Assembly: GCF_009914755.1 (NCBI RefSeq)
Contig: NC_060926.1
DNA: 64,000 nt
Source of the DNA: the human T2T-CHM13v2.0 reference genome, Homo sapiens
Direction: 5' to 3' (one strand)
Position numbers and translations under genes: made by a program. Position 1 is the first letter of the stretch; each line of letters begins with the position of its first letter. Shown one piece after another: positions 20,051 to 34,345 of this stretch. The notes under the pieces are model-generated. The model was not told the DNA's origin, did not search any database, and saw only the letters and a program-made list of their open reading frames with translations.

Positions 20051-20207
20051 CCTCGTATGTTTACAAATAAGTCTTCTGCAGCTTTGTGAATGTGGAAAAC
20101 TTCATCCCGAAAGAGAGAGAGGCAAGAGCTACTTTGAAGAGCTAGTTTCCAAAGGTTCAGTGCTGTAGCGTCAGTATTTAGGATCCCATGGCACAAAATA
20201 AAGCCAA
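20051..20207 (-). CDS. NCKAP1: NCKAP1 exon 9 (157 nt) (F)[51 protein letters not shown](G)
   Basis: tttaaag|TT GGC...CGA GG|gtatgg; overlaps ORF 20005..20196. Confidence 0.97.
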
Positions 20208-20566
20208 CTTTAAATAAAAAGAAAGCAAATACAAATGTAAATGTACAAGTATTCCAAAGTTTGGTGACAGTGTAGCTTTTGAAAAATACAGAAACGTAAC
20301 CACGATCACTAAATTGAGGCTTCTGAGTGACAGTAACAATACATATGTATAAACCATGGTAATACGTTTCTTTTCCAATTATAATTTTCTGTATTCTGCA
20401 AAACCAGTTATTTGAACCTGAACTGACAAAACGGGAAAAATGTCACTTCTGGGTTATGAACCAAGTCATTTTAATAAAAATAACATTTATAAAATATTTT
20501 CAACCAAAGATCAGAAATTTCTAATTAACATAATGCAGTAATCATTACAGTTGTTATAATAACTTA

Positions 20567-21016
<450 letters not shown>

Positions 21017-21215
21017 TATATATATATAATTTATATATATATAATATGCATACATACATAAAGAGAATCTACTTTCCTAATCATGAGAATAAATCATAGC
21101 ATCTCACATTTTAATAGCATCCTCACATTTTTAATAGCAATTTATAGTTCATTAAGTCTTCTCATATATATTATTTCAAATGATTATCCTGTGTAGTAGA
21201 CAAGACAGGTGGTAT

Positions 21216-21358
21216 TCTTTCTTTTTTTTTCTCTTTTTGGTAGAGATGGGGTCTTGTCATGTTGACCAGGCTGGTCTCAATCTTCTGGTCTCAGGCCATC
21301 CTTCCACCTCATTCTCCCCAAGAACTGGGATTACAGGTATGAGCAACTGCACCTGGTC
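21216..21358 (-). mobile_element. FLAM/Alu left monomer
   Basis: Poly(T) followed by gtagagatggggtcttg...gggattacaggtatgagc. Confidence 0.85.
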
Positions 21359-22253
21359 CATATGCTTCTTATAGTTGAAGAAGTGAAGGGTCAATGACTT
21401 TACTAAAATACTATTAAAGTAATAAAGCTAGGACTTAGCCCCAATTATTCATCCTTAAAGTCCAATACTTTCAATATATTAAGTTGCTCTTTATTATATG
21501 AATTCTAAATATCTTTTTTACCTTTTGTTATCTAATCTGGAAATCCTATATAAATGTATAATTTTATACATGCTGACTGATATCCTCTCTAGTCTTCTAT
21601 ACTAGGACGTAAGACCTCATCTTTCATTCACTGAACATCTACTCAGTGTCTACTATATATACAAGGTTCTGTAGTGGGCCAGTTAGAAACCAATCCCATT
21701 TTCTTTGAGACTTCCCTATGATTCTCAATAATCACTCCCATGTTTAAACTCCTATTATAGCTGTGCAACTATCTTGACACTTTAACATAAAACTTGCCAT
21801 TTATCTTTTGATTCTTAGCTCAAGCTTCCTTCTTGGGTCACTAGAGAAGCAAGCTAACTCTCTAAGTAGGCATATTTTGTAGAATCATACACACATATTT
21901 AACTTCTTTGACTTGAACTATACAAAAATATTTTTCATACAACAGGGCCCCTAAAACAAGCCAATTATTCAATCTGGCACACAATCAAAGAAACAGAATA
22001 CATGTATGAAAGATTAAAGAGCCCTCAAGAGAAATTTTGTTTATAAAACATTATCCTCTTATGTACTTGACTTTCCACCCTAATATCAAGTGAAATCAGA
22101 TTTCACTTAGTGTCTTACACCTTTGTACGTTAACACTTACAAAATACTTGCTACTACTAATACAAAGTTTCTCTGAAAATTTTTATCACTTACAAGTTAA
22201 AAGTGTTTGTTTTTAACATACGTGTTATGAGTTAAAGTATATTTATTTGTTTA

Positions 22254-22635
<382 letters not shown>

Positions 22636-22997
22636 TTAAACTACACATCAATCTCCTTTACCAAAATTAGGATGAAAGGACAAAAAAAAAAAAATTTAAA
22701 AGTAGCTCTTAAAACAGAAGACCAAGTCTTGACAAGAAAGTTGAAGAAAATCTTTGAAGGCAGAAAACAGATAAAATTGGACTATCAATATAAAAAACAA
22801 GGCAGAAATTAGTAATCCAAAACTCTGGAGATAGGAAAAAAAATCTTTCCTAAGGAGTCTCCCAAGTCCAATCAACAGACCCAAAAATGAACCCTAAAAT
22901 ACGTATCAGGATAATTAATTTTACATCTGTACTTCAAGTGCTGGGTCCTCAATATTCTAGGTCCTGCACAACTCTTAGCATCGGGCTATAATCTAGA

Positions 22998-23178
22998 GCA
23001 GTGATTCTTAAACTTTAGCTTGCACCAGAATCACTGAGAAAGTACATTAAACAGATTGTTAAGATCCATCTGCAGAGTTTCTGTTTAGTAGGTCTTGGGT
23101 AGGGACCAAGATTCTGCACATCTAAGAAGTTCCTAGGTGTTGCTGATGTTGCTGGTCTAGGAACCACACTTTGAACTA
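22998..23178. mobile_element. MER5A-like hAT-Charlie fossil
   Basis: cagtgattcttaaactttagc...gctggtctaggaaccacactttga. Confidence 0.75.
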
Positions 23179-24069
23179 ATCCAGAACAAAGGTCCAAAGA
23201 AAGTAGACTACCTATTGAAGAAAAATCCTAGTCTGGGTAGTAGTTCCAAAAAGAGAAGTGCAGAATTTGAGGCAACTCCTAACCTCCAGATTAGCTCTAC
23301 TCAGGGTTCAAATACATGAAAGAAGCAAAATTCATTCCTTATTTTGGCAACTGTGGTTATCCCAAATCTGCCTTCTCCATGCCCATATATTCCCCATTAG
23401 GGGAGCCTGCTTCCTGATCGACTTACCGGCTCATTACACAAACTCATGCCATCAGCATTCCCGTTTAAAATAAAGACCAGTGGGAAGCAAAATCCAGAAG
23501 TCACTAATGACAGCTAACTCTACTAATTAACTCAATTATTCATCTGTACATCCATAAGCACAAAACAACTAATAATTACCACACAACCGAGCAAGATCAA
23601 AACTCTGAAAGCTGTTTTTCTAAATAAACTATGAGACAAAGCATGATAATTTCACTTATCTTTATAGAAGAAAATATAAATATCACAAACCTGGTCAATG
23701 TAAAAAATAATATAATTAATAAAAATAGCTACGGCCAGATAGTATTGTTAAATTTCCCCTCTTTCATACTAAAAACACACTACTCAAAGTATCAGTCCAT
23801 AATGAGACTAAGTATTGGAACAGGGTATTTAGAAATTTTCATAAATATTTCACAGTGATTTTGGAGTAGAAACTTAATAATCTGTTAGACTGAATCTAGT
23901 AATAAAAACTATGAGCTTGTATTTTATGTCTTTATTATTTTGTTTTTCTGGTAATTCTAGTAATTCATTTTCTTTATTTTATTAAAGGATCAATCCAAAA
24001 AATATTAAAGAAGAAAAACTAGTCCTTCACCATAGTTTGAGAAACACTGTAATAAAAAGTCAACAAATA

Positions 24070-24390
24070 CAGTCATCTCTCAATGTAGGGGATTGGTTCC
24101 AGGACCATCAACAGATACCAAAATCTGTGGATGCTGAAGTTCCTTATATAAAATGGTGTAGTATTTACATATAACCTACACACTTCCTCCTGCATAATTT
24201 AAATCACCTCCAGATTACTTGTAATACCTAATACAATACCTACACATCACTTCATTTGCGTGGACTCAATGTAATACTCATTATGCAGTAAGTTTTGCTT
24301 TTTGGACCTTTGTGAAATTTTTTCCCGTATTTTAATTGGCTGTTGACTGAATCTCTGGATGCAGAACCCCAGGATATAAAGGGCCAACTC
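24070..24390. mobile_element. MER2-like Tigger MITE
   Basis: ggggattggttccaggacc...ggatgcagaaccc, with TA flanks. Confidence 0.78.
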
Positions 24391-24549
24391 TATTCTCTAA
24401 AGGTTAATAAATCAAGAACAAAACCTGTAAGAATGAAAAAACACAAACACTTCAAAATTATTCCCCTGTGGCAGTGAGCCTAGGGGTGAGTAGGAGGAAT
24501 TTATCTATATTACAGAAATTCTCATTCTGTATTAAACCTGTGTGTCTCC

Positions 24550-24890
24550 ATGGAATAGTACACAGCCATAATAAATGAATTCATATCCTTTGCAGTAACA
24601 CGGATGGAGATGGAGGTCATTATCCTTAGGAAGCTAAGGCAGGAACAGAAAACCAAATACTACATGTTCTTACTTATAAGGGGAGCTAAACACTGAGTAT
24701 ACATGGGCACAAAGAAAGGAACAATAGACACCAGGGCCTACTTGAAGGTTGGGATAAAAAAAACGACCTATCAGGTACTATGCTTATTACCTGGGTGACA
24801 AAATAATCTGTACACCAAACCCCCATGACATGCAATTTACCTATATAACAAACCTGCACATGTATGCATGAACCTAAAAGTTTAAATAAA
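24550..24890 (+). mobile_element. L1 (old L1PA/PB) 3' end fragment
   Basis: gaaaaccaaatactacatgttc...acaaacctgcacatg and an A-rich end. Confidence 0.82.
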
Positions 24891-25376
24891 ATCTCTTTTG
24901 AAGCTGATAAACAAACAGCTTAAAAGCAAATACAACAAGCTATTAGAAGTCATAGAAACTTGGTGGTAGATTTATGGGTGTTCACTCTACAATTATTTCA
25001 ACTTTCTTGATGTTCACAATAAAACGAAGGAAAACAAACAAACAAACAAAAACCTTGTGTCTATTTCTCTCATAGTTTGTAAGCTTCTTAGAAGCAGAAA
25101 CTAGTACTTTTATCTCCTGTGCATCTAAAAAACTGCCAAACATACGAGTAATTTATTAAACTGAAGTGAATTAAAACCAAAAACTTTAAGTGAACGGATG
25201 TGACATTTAAATAATCATTAAAAGCAAAACCAAAATTTAGTTTTGAAGGTTATGTTGAAAGGCAATATAACGTAGCCCATGAGCCTTGGAGTTAGGCTGG
25301 GTTCTTATCTTGTCTTTGTCACTCACTAGCTGTGTGGCCTAAGCTTTAGATTCCCCAGCTTTAAAATAGACTACCT

Positions 25377-25767
<391 letters not shown>

Positions 25768-25859
25768 CTAAGCACAGAGGTAGTAACCATGTCACCTGCT
25801 ATTTTTCTCTAAAACATAAAGCCTGGGGAGTAATCATAACACTAACCCATTTTACTTAC

Positions 25860-25908
25860 AGATAATCCACTTTTCCATTGCATCCAAAGAGAGGTATTCA
25901 CAAGGCAT
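25860..25908 (-). CDS. NCKAP1: NCKAP1 exon 8 (49 nt) MPCEYLSLDAMEKWII(F)
   Basis: tttttaag|ATG...ATC T|gtaagt. Confidence 0.97.
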
Positions 25909-26721
25909 CTTAAAAAGAGAATATATACATTTGCAGTTAAAAGAAATTCTAAAAAATATTCCATATTGAGCCACTCTCCTCCCTTTCTCCTGATAACTTA
26001 CTACCCAATTCTTCGCCCAAATACTACCACAACAAATTTGAAGAGCTGGATAAAAGTTTTATTACCTATACTGAAACTTGCAGTCAATAAACAACGAGAG
26101 GTGTGCCCCTTTCACATCTGCATACCCTCAAACCTCTCTTTAAAAAAATATTGTTGCTAATTATCTTTAATCTGGTAAATGACAACTTATCAATTTCTCA
26201 AGCCTATTTCAAAGTTTACAATATTCCAAAAGATAAAATTTTAGTCAAGTTAAAAGACATTTATGTGTCTGAATACTCACTGTCTCACCAAAATCAGTAG
26301 CTATGTGTGTGTATTCTCCATATGTGTGACACCTATGTTCATAAATACAGAGAATAGACTGAAAAAAATATAATGGAATATAACAATGATTTTGTCTACT
26401 TGGTTCTACTTGGTGAGATTTGGGGTGATTTTTGTTTTTGCTTTATACTTCAAATTTTTCTACCATGATAAAGCAAAACAAACTTTTAAACTTTAAAGAA
26501 AAAAGTACTCATACTATTCACCATATTAATTTATCACCAGTTTTCATTAAGACTCTAAAGCTAAAAAATCTGAACAATATGACTTAAGTAGTGAACATTT
26601 TATAATGAACTTCAACTAATAAGCTAATGCTAATTAGAAACAAACAGCAACAGCATTACTGAACTATTATTTTTTTAAAAGTCACTTTATTTTCATTCAA
26701 AAGAGAAAAATAGAACCATAC

Positions 26722-26859
26722 AGTGTCGGACTGTGCTGGATTAAGCATTGTACTAGGTGCACTGATGAGGCTCAATAACTGGGCATTTCTCCACTGGTCA
26801 GCTGAAAGATTCCTTCGAGGATATACCATTTGAAGAGAAATTAGTGCATCTGAAAGAGA
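26722..26859 (-). CDS. NCKAP1: NCKAP1 exon 7 (138 nt) [46 protein letters not shown]
   Basis: aattag|TCT...ACT|gtatgg. Confidence 0.97.
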
Positions 26860-27482
26860 CTAATTAAAATACGAAAAAAAAGCTGAAGAATAATTTTCTT
26901 TCCTTTTCTGTTTACATTGCAGCTATAATTGCTGTGTGTTTCTAACTATACCATCATAAAACAACACAGCCTAATTATACCCATGCTCCTTATAATATCT
27001 GAGTTGGGTTGTGGCTCCTCTCCTCTAGAATTTTTTTGCTAACGTTATAAAAGCTACACAGATTCTGCGTTTTTGAGCAAAAGCTTAGGTCAGAAACTCA
27101 TGTTATTTTCTTAAAGGTTAAAATACGTGGCAATCTTGGGAACTTTATTCCAAAAGGGATAGACAGCCCACTGTCACCTTTTTGCCAATGCAAGTTTCCA
27201 TTCTGATAGTTTCTGATAGTTCCAAAAGAAAAAGACTTCAGGGTTATATGACTAAGTGTTAATAAAACTCAACATGCTTTATATTTCTCTAAAGAATGTC
27301 TTATAAAAATAATACACTGTACCTCATCTTAATAAATTACTTAACTTCTCTTTATCAACGGGTTTGTTGATTACAGCTTTATTATCAAGGTATTTAACGT
27401 TTCATCTCAACTGTTTCTTTCTTGCTTTCATAAATGTCTTTTGCTATTAATCCCTGCTTCCTAAAAATTCTGTAAAGAGTGA

Positions 27483-27776
<294 letters not shown>

Positions 27777-27993
27777 GTAAGAGTGATTCTTTAATCTGAC
27801 TGCACACAGAATGCCAGAGAAGTCTGTTCTGAATACAGAATACAGGGCTGTAACTGAAATTTAGTGAAACTGAACCTCTGGAAACAGAACCCCACAATCT
27901 ACCATTTTATTAAGCTACACAAAGTGATTCTGACGTAGCCAACTAAGAATGTTTTAAAAATTAAATAATGTAATTTTTTAAATCCTGGGAAAT

Positions 27994-30900
27994 TTGGGAG
28001 GTTGTTATGTTATGGGAATTTACCACTTCCTCTAGATTTTCTAGTTTGTGTGTACAGAGATGTTCCTAGTAGTCTCTGATAATATTTTGTATTTCTGTGG
28101 GATTGGTTGTGATATTACCTTTCTCATTTAATTGTGGTTATTTGCATCTTCTCTCTCTCTTTTTTCCTTGTTAATCTAGCTAAGAGTCTGTCAACCTTAT
28201 TGGCAATCCTTTCAAAAAACTAACTTTTTGTTTCACTGATCCTTTGTATGGTTTTTGGGTCTCAATTTCATTTAGCTCTGCTGTGATTTTGGTTATTTAT
28301 TTTCATTGCAGGCTTTAGGTTTAGTTCATTCTTCTTTTTCTAGTTCTTGTAAGTGCAAGGTTAGGTTATTAATTTGAGCTATTTTTATCATCGTTTTAGT
28401 GCCATAAACTTTCCTCTTAACACTGCTTTTGCCACATTCCAGAGGTTTCAGTATGTTGTGTCGCTATTTTCATTTGTTTCAAAGAATTTTTTTATTTCTG
28501 CCTTAATTTCATTATCTACCCAAGTCATTCAGGATAAAATTGTTTAGTTTCCAAGTATTTGTGTGGATTTGAGAATTCCTCTTGGTATTGACTTCTATTT
28601 TTACTCCAGTATGGTCTGAGAAGATGCTTGGCATGATTTTAATTTATTGAGATTTGCTTTATGAAACCAGGAATAAACAGAAATCCTGAACAGACCAATG
28701 AGTAATCAAATTGAATCAGTAATAAAATACCTACCAACCAGAAAAAGCCACAGGCCACATAGATTCACAGCTGAACTCTACCAGACATACAATCCTATTG
28801 AAACTATTTCAAAAAGTTGAGGGGGAGGGGCTCCTCATCATTCTATGAGTCCAATATCATCCTGGTACCAAAATCTCGCAAAAATACAACAACAAAAAAA
28901 GAAAACTACAGGCCAATATCCCTGATGAACATAGACACAAAAATCCTCAACAAAATACTCACAAACCACATCCAGCAGGACATCAAAAAGTTAATTCACC
29001 ATGATCAAGTGGGCTTTATTCCTGGGATGCAAGGTTGGTTCCACATAAGCAAATCAATAAATGTGATTAACCACATAAACAAAAATTTTTAAAACACCAT
29101 ATGATCATCTCAATAGATGCAGAAAAAGCATTCGATAAAATCCAATATCCCTTCACGATAAAATGTTCAACTAACTAGGCATCAAAGGAACACACCTCAA
29201 AATAAGCAGTGCCATCTATGACAAACCCATAGCCAATATACGGAATGGGCAAAAGCTAGAAGCTTTCCCGTAAGAACTGGAACAAGACAAGGGTGTCTGT
29301 ACTCCTACCATGTCTGTACTCCTACCACTTCTATTCAACATAGTACTGAAAGTCCTAGCCAGAGCAATCAAGCAAGAGAAAGAAATAAAAGGCATCCAAA
29401 TTGAAAAAAAGGAAGTCAAAGTATCTCTTTTCATTGACAATATAATTCTATACCTAGAAAACTAAATGACTTTGGCAAAGTCTCAGGATACAAAAATCAA
29501 CATACAAAAATTAGCAGTATTTCTATACACTAATAACATTCAAGCTGAGGACTCAAGAATAAAATCCTGGCCGGGCACGGTGGCTCATACCTATAATCTC
29601 AGCACTTTGGGAGGCCAAGGCGGGCTGATTACCTGAGGTCTGGAATTTGAGACAAGCCTGGTCAACATGATGAAACCCCATCTCTACTAAAAATACAAAA
29701 ATTAGCTGGGCGTGGTGACAGGCACCTGTAATCCCAGCTACTGAGGGGGCAAAGGCAGGAGAATTGCTTGAACCCAGGAGGTGGGGGTTGCAGTGAGCCA
29801 AGAGCCAAGATGGCACCACTGCACTCCAGCCTGGGTGACAGAGTAAGACTCCAACAAAAAAAAAAAAAAAAAAAAAAAGGGGGAAGGAAGGAAGGGCAAG
29901 CAATCCCACTTACTAATAGCCACAAAAAAATAAAATAACTAGGAATACACCTATACACCTAACCAAGGAGGTGAAACCTCTCTAAGAGAAGAACTAGAAA
30001 ACGGTGCTGAAAGAAATCACAGATAACACAAATAAATGGAAAAGCATTCTACGCTCATGGGATGGAGGAATCAATATCATTAAAATGACAATAATGCCCA
30101 AAGCAGTTTAAAGATTCAACACTATTCCAATCAAATTACTGTCATTTTTCATATAATTAGAAAAATCTATTCTAAAATATATATGGAACCAAAAAACAGC
30201 CTGAATAGCAAAGGCAAAATAAAGAGACAACTTACAGAATGGGAGAAAATAATTGCAAACTATGTACCCAACATAGGACTAATATCCAGAATCTATACGG
30301 AACTTAAATCAACAAGAAAAAATCAAACCACCCCACTAAAATGTGGGCAAAGGACGTCAATAAACACTTCTCAAAAGAATACATATAACCACCCAACAAA
30401 CATATGAAAAAATGCTCAACATCACTAATCATCAGAGAGATGCAAATCAAAACCACTGGTAAAATGGGATACCATCTTACACCAGTCAGAATGGCAAATA
30501 TTAAAAAGTCAAAAAAATAACAGATGTTGGCAAGGCTACTGGAGAAAAGGAAATGCTTATACACTGTTGGTGGTAATGCAAATTAATTCAAACCCTGTGG
30601 AAAGCAGTTTGATGACTTCTGAAAGAACCAAAAATAGAATTACCATTCAACCCAGCAATTTCATTACTGGGTAGATGCTCAAAGGAAAATAAACTGTTCT
30701 ACCAAAAACACACTTGCACTCGTATGTTCACTGCAGCTCTATTCACAATAGCAAAGACATGGAATCAACCCAGGTGCCCATCAACACTGGACTGGATAAA
30801 GAGAGTGTGGTATATATGCACCACGGAACACTATGCAGCCATAAAAAGGAACAAAATCATGTCTTTCTGCAGCAACATGGATGGAACTGGAGGCCATTAT

Positions 30901-31180
30901 CAAAAGAGATTTAATGCACAAACGGAAAACCAAATACTGATTGTACTCACTTATAAGGGGAAGCTAAGCATTGGGTACACATGGACACAAAGAAACAACA
31001 GACACTGGGGACTCCAGAAGTGGGAAGGAGAGGGATAAGAACTGAAAAACTACCTATTGGGTACCATGTTCACTACTTTGGCAACAGGATCATTAGAAGC
31101 CCAAACCCAGCATCACACAATATACTCATTTAACAAACCTGAAAGTGTACCCCATGAATCTAAACAAGAAACAGGAAAAC
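27994..31180 (+). mobile_element. L1 (L1PB/old L1PA) with an inverted 5' segment (27994-~28663) and an inserted AluS (29569-29878)
   Basis: Reverse-oriented ORF2 piece, then forward ORF2 (ORF 28817..29092 with RT motif [18 protein letters not shown]) and 3' UTR. Degenerate TSD aaatcctgggaaat (27980-27993) / aaaccctggcaaat (31181-31194). Confidence 0.9.
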
Positions 31181-31830
31181 AAACCCTGGCAAATAAAAAA
31201 TAGTGTTTTATCAAAATTCTAAGGTATCACGGAATATTAGAAAAAAATCAAGATTGGAAAATAAGTGGTCTAAATTCAAATGAATTATCCTATGTAATTA
31301 TCAATAACCTACTATATACTGAATTTGTTAATGTGCTAATGCCTATATAGAACTTAAAAAGCCGAGAGCCTAGCTTGGAATTTTCAAGAGCCTGTCAAGG
31401 AAATTTTCAACACCTAAGTGGAGAAAGAACCAAATATAAAATAGCTAAATAAAAACAAGACCATACATGATTAGGGAAAAATCCTAAATGGATCCAGAGA
31501 GAAAAGAGGAGAGGAATAGAAAAGACAGTTCCGGGTGGGGAAAAACCACTACTGATATTAGAGATAGGAGATGACCATGATATGTGCAGTATTTTGAGGA
31601 ATTCTGATACTTCCATCTAAAATGCTGATTTTTTTAAATTTCAAAACTGATGCCATCTACTAGCTTCTTGCAAACTAATGATTCAACCAATTCCAAGACA
31701 GAAAACCTATATAAATTTGTGTATAATGTAGCTATGCAAATCTGGAAAGAATTCTTCAGAATTTTCATGGGAGTAAAAAAATTCAAAGAAAATTATTGGT
31801 GTTAACTGTATGCCAAGAAAAAAGCACAGT

Positions 31831-32120
31831 GGCCAGGCACAGTGGCTCATGCCTGTAATCCTAGCACTTCGGGAAGCTGAGGTGGGTGGATTGCCTGAGC
31901 TCAGGAGTTAGAGACCAGCCTGGGAAATATGGTGAAACCCTGTCACTACTAAAAATACAAAAAAATTAGCCAGGCGTGGTAGTGCATGCCTGTAATCCCA
32001 GCTACTCTCGAGGCAGGGGCAGGAGAATCACGAGCCCGGGAGGCGGAAGCTCCAGTGAGCTGAGATTGCACCACTGCATTCCGGCTGGGGCGACAGAGCG
32101 AGACGCTGTCTCAAAGAAAG
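31831..32120 (+). mobile_element. AluS
   Basis: TSD aagaaaaaagcacag. Confidence 0.92.
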
Positions 32121-32972
32121 AAAAAAGCACAGACTTACACAAGGTAAATAGTTTAACTTTTATGATTCAAAGAGAACAATGTAGACCAAGATTCTAGTAT
32201 CCTGGGCTTCAGTTCTAGTTTTGCCACTATTGTTACCAAATGACTTACCTTGTCATGATACTGCTCCAGCCCTTAATCCTTAGCTATAAATAATGAGACT
32301 GGATAAGATACCTATGAATTTCCTTGAAGTGTTCAGAAACTACCATTCTGTGAATCAGCCCTTCTGCAGAGAATCCATAATGACAAGACTACTTACAACC
32401 AAACTTATTTCATTAAGAACTATTTTTAATATCTCTTAAAAGATAGTCATTTCAAATTATTTTCATAAAACCCGTCATTTTTTGAGACTATAATAAAGTT
32501 AAAATTTATCAAACACTGTACTTTTTAATGAAGTAATTCATTTAATTCTCATAAGAACCATATGAAATAAGTGCTATTATTATTCCATTTTTACTGATAA
32601 GAAAACTGAGGTATCGTGAGGTTAGTTAAGTAACTCGACAAATATTATACTATAATTTGCAGAATTGCTATTAAAACCCATTAGTGTGAGAACAGACCCT
32701 CTCAAATACCATATGGTAAATCCTATTGTTTAGTGCTATATTAAAATCTAAAAAACTATAATGAAATCAATCAATATATTCTTGAGTCTCTATACACTAT
32801 TCTGAATCTCATTAATTAGTTCCCTGTCTATAATTAGATAAAAGCACACATAACTATTACTTATATCCCATTATAGTATTTTTCAAAAACAAGATTATCC
32901 CTTTATCCAACCATCCATCCTCATGCTATGTTATATGCCCATTCTCTCATATGCCTAACAACTGCCTCTTAC

Positions 32973-33063
32973 CTTGCTATGGGGTACAAATTCTTCCATC
33001 ATCTTCTTTAAAGGGTTTTCATAATCCACAATCATCTGGCCAAGGCGTGGGTATTCTCTGTCA
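32973..33063 (-). CDS. NCKAP1: NCKAP1 exon 6 (91 nt) (S)[30 protein letters not shown]
   Basis: ttttaag|T GAC...AAG|gtaaga; contained in ORF 32955..33140. Confidence 0.97.
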
Positions 33064-33146
33064 CTTAAAACAGACATATCAAATTTCAATGAGTTGTAAT
33101 CCATCAAACTGAGCATTTTAGAAAGACTTTTATAATGCAAATCTAC

Positions 33147-33289
33147 CTTGCTCCATGAGTCATTTCATGGGCATAGTTGTATAATCCAATGATTGCCTTC
33201 CTTTCTTCAATTCGAGACAGCAGTATCATTAGTGTTGTATAGGTTATAATTAAATCTAAGTAGTTCTTTGTTAAATCAAAGTTTACAGT
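33147..33289 (-). CDS. NCKAP1: NCKAP1 exon 5 (143 nt) [47 protein letters not shown](S)
   Basis: ctcctag|ACT...GCA AG|gtagat. Confidence 0.97.
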
Positions 33290-33993
33290 CTAGGAGAAAA
33301 AAAAATCAAGTTCAACTACTTCCTATTTCTTAAAATTTTAAACACACACAAAATCTTCATAGAAGCTATTGAGAGCTAATAATTTTCTGTATTTATTTTA
33401 TCCCTGTTCTAAAATGCTAATTCCTTTCACTAAAAGCACATCTAAAATTTGACAGTTACAGATAACAGTTTTGTGTCTGACACAATTTTATGGATGAAAG
33501 AAAAAGAGCTTGTGATCACTATATTCAAACTGGTAACAGTTCAAAAGAATAAAAGCCAGAATAATAAGGAACACTGGTGCCAATCTCACGAAAGAGGAAA
33601 AAAATTATTTTTTAAAGTTCACCATTAAGTAAATGGAGACAATTTTCACTTTGACTTCTTGTATCTAAAAATTATCATACTAAGAAAGAGTCCATCAAGT
33701 ATGCCTTTTACAGAGAAAATATTATCCACTTAACTTTTCAAAATTGGGCCTATTAAATAAAATACTAAAGTTAACGTGTATTTCCCAATATGTACAAGAC
33801 TTATACTCAGTGACAATCAAAACAAATAAAAAGAATACACACTTTACTTTTTAAAAAAGCTATAAAACAAGCCAAATTAATAATGCTAAAACTTTATATG
33901 CTAGTTACATAATCTAGCTAAAGAAAAGCAAGTGGTCCCCTGAGCTCTTCTGGAAACAGAATAATTGGACATTTTTCTGAAAATGATACTTAC

Positions 33994-34050
33994 AATATCA
34001 AAGAAGACTTGGCAAACGTCAATAGTATTCAGCAATTCACAAACATGGTC
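33994..34050 (-). CDS. NCKAP1: NCKAP1 exon 4 (57 nt) [19 protein letters not shown]
   Basis: ttttcag|GAC...ATT|gtaagt. Confidence 0.97.
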
Positions 34051-34252
34051 CTGAAAAGAAATACTTATTTTAATCTTTTATCTGTATAAATCTGTTTAAA
34101 TTCAGAAAACACAAACAAATAAGGTATGTGTTAAACTTCAGTTCTGGAAGAATTTCAATTTTATTATTTACAACTGACACAGCAATTCACACAATTAATA
34201 AACATTTAAATCTACTTCTGAAGTGTTAAATATTATATATTAAAATACATAC

Positions 34253-34345
34253 CTTAAATTCCATAACATCTACAAATGTGAAGTAATATAATGCCAGATT
34301 TTTCAGAATCTCTGATTTTTCTTTCTGTAGTTGTGCAAGCTGTTG
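34253..34345 (-). CDS. NCKAP1: NCKAP1 exon 3 (93 nt) [31 protein letters not shown]
   Basis: tttacag|CAA...AAG|gtatgt; in frame with exons 2 and 4. Confidence 0.97.

Noticed and set aside
28817-31038. ORFs resembling reverse transcriptase and the ORF2 C-terminus
   Set aside because: They are fragments of a decayed, truncated and internally deleted L1, with no intact ORF2.
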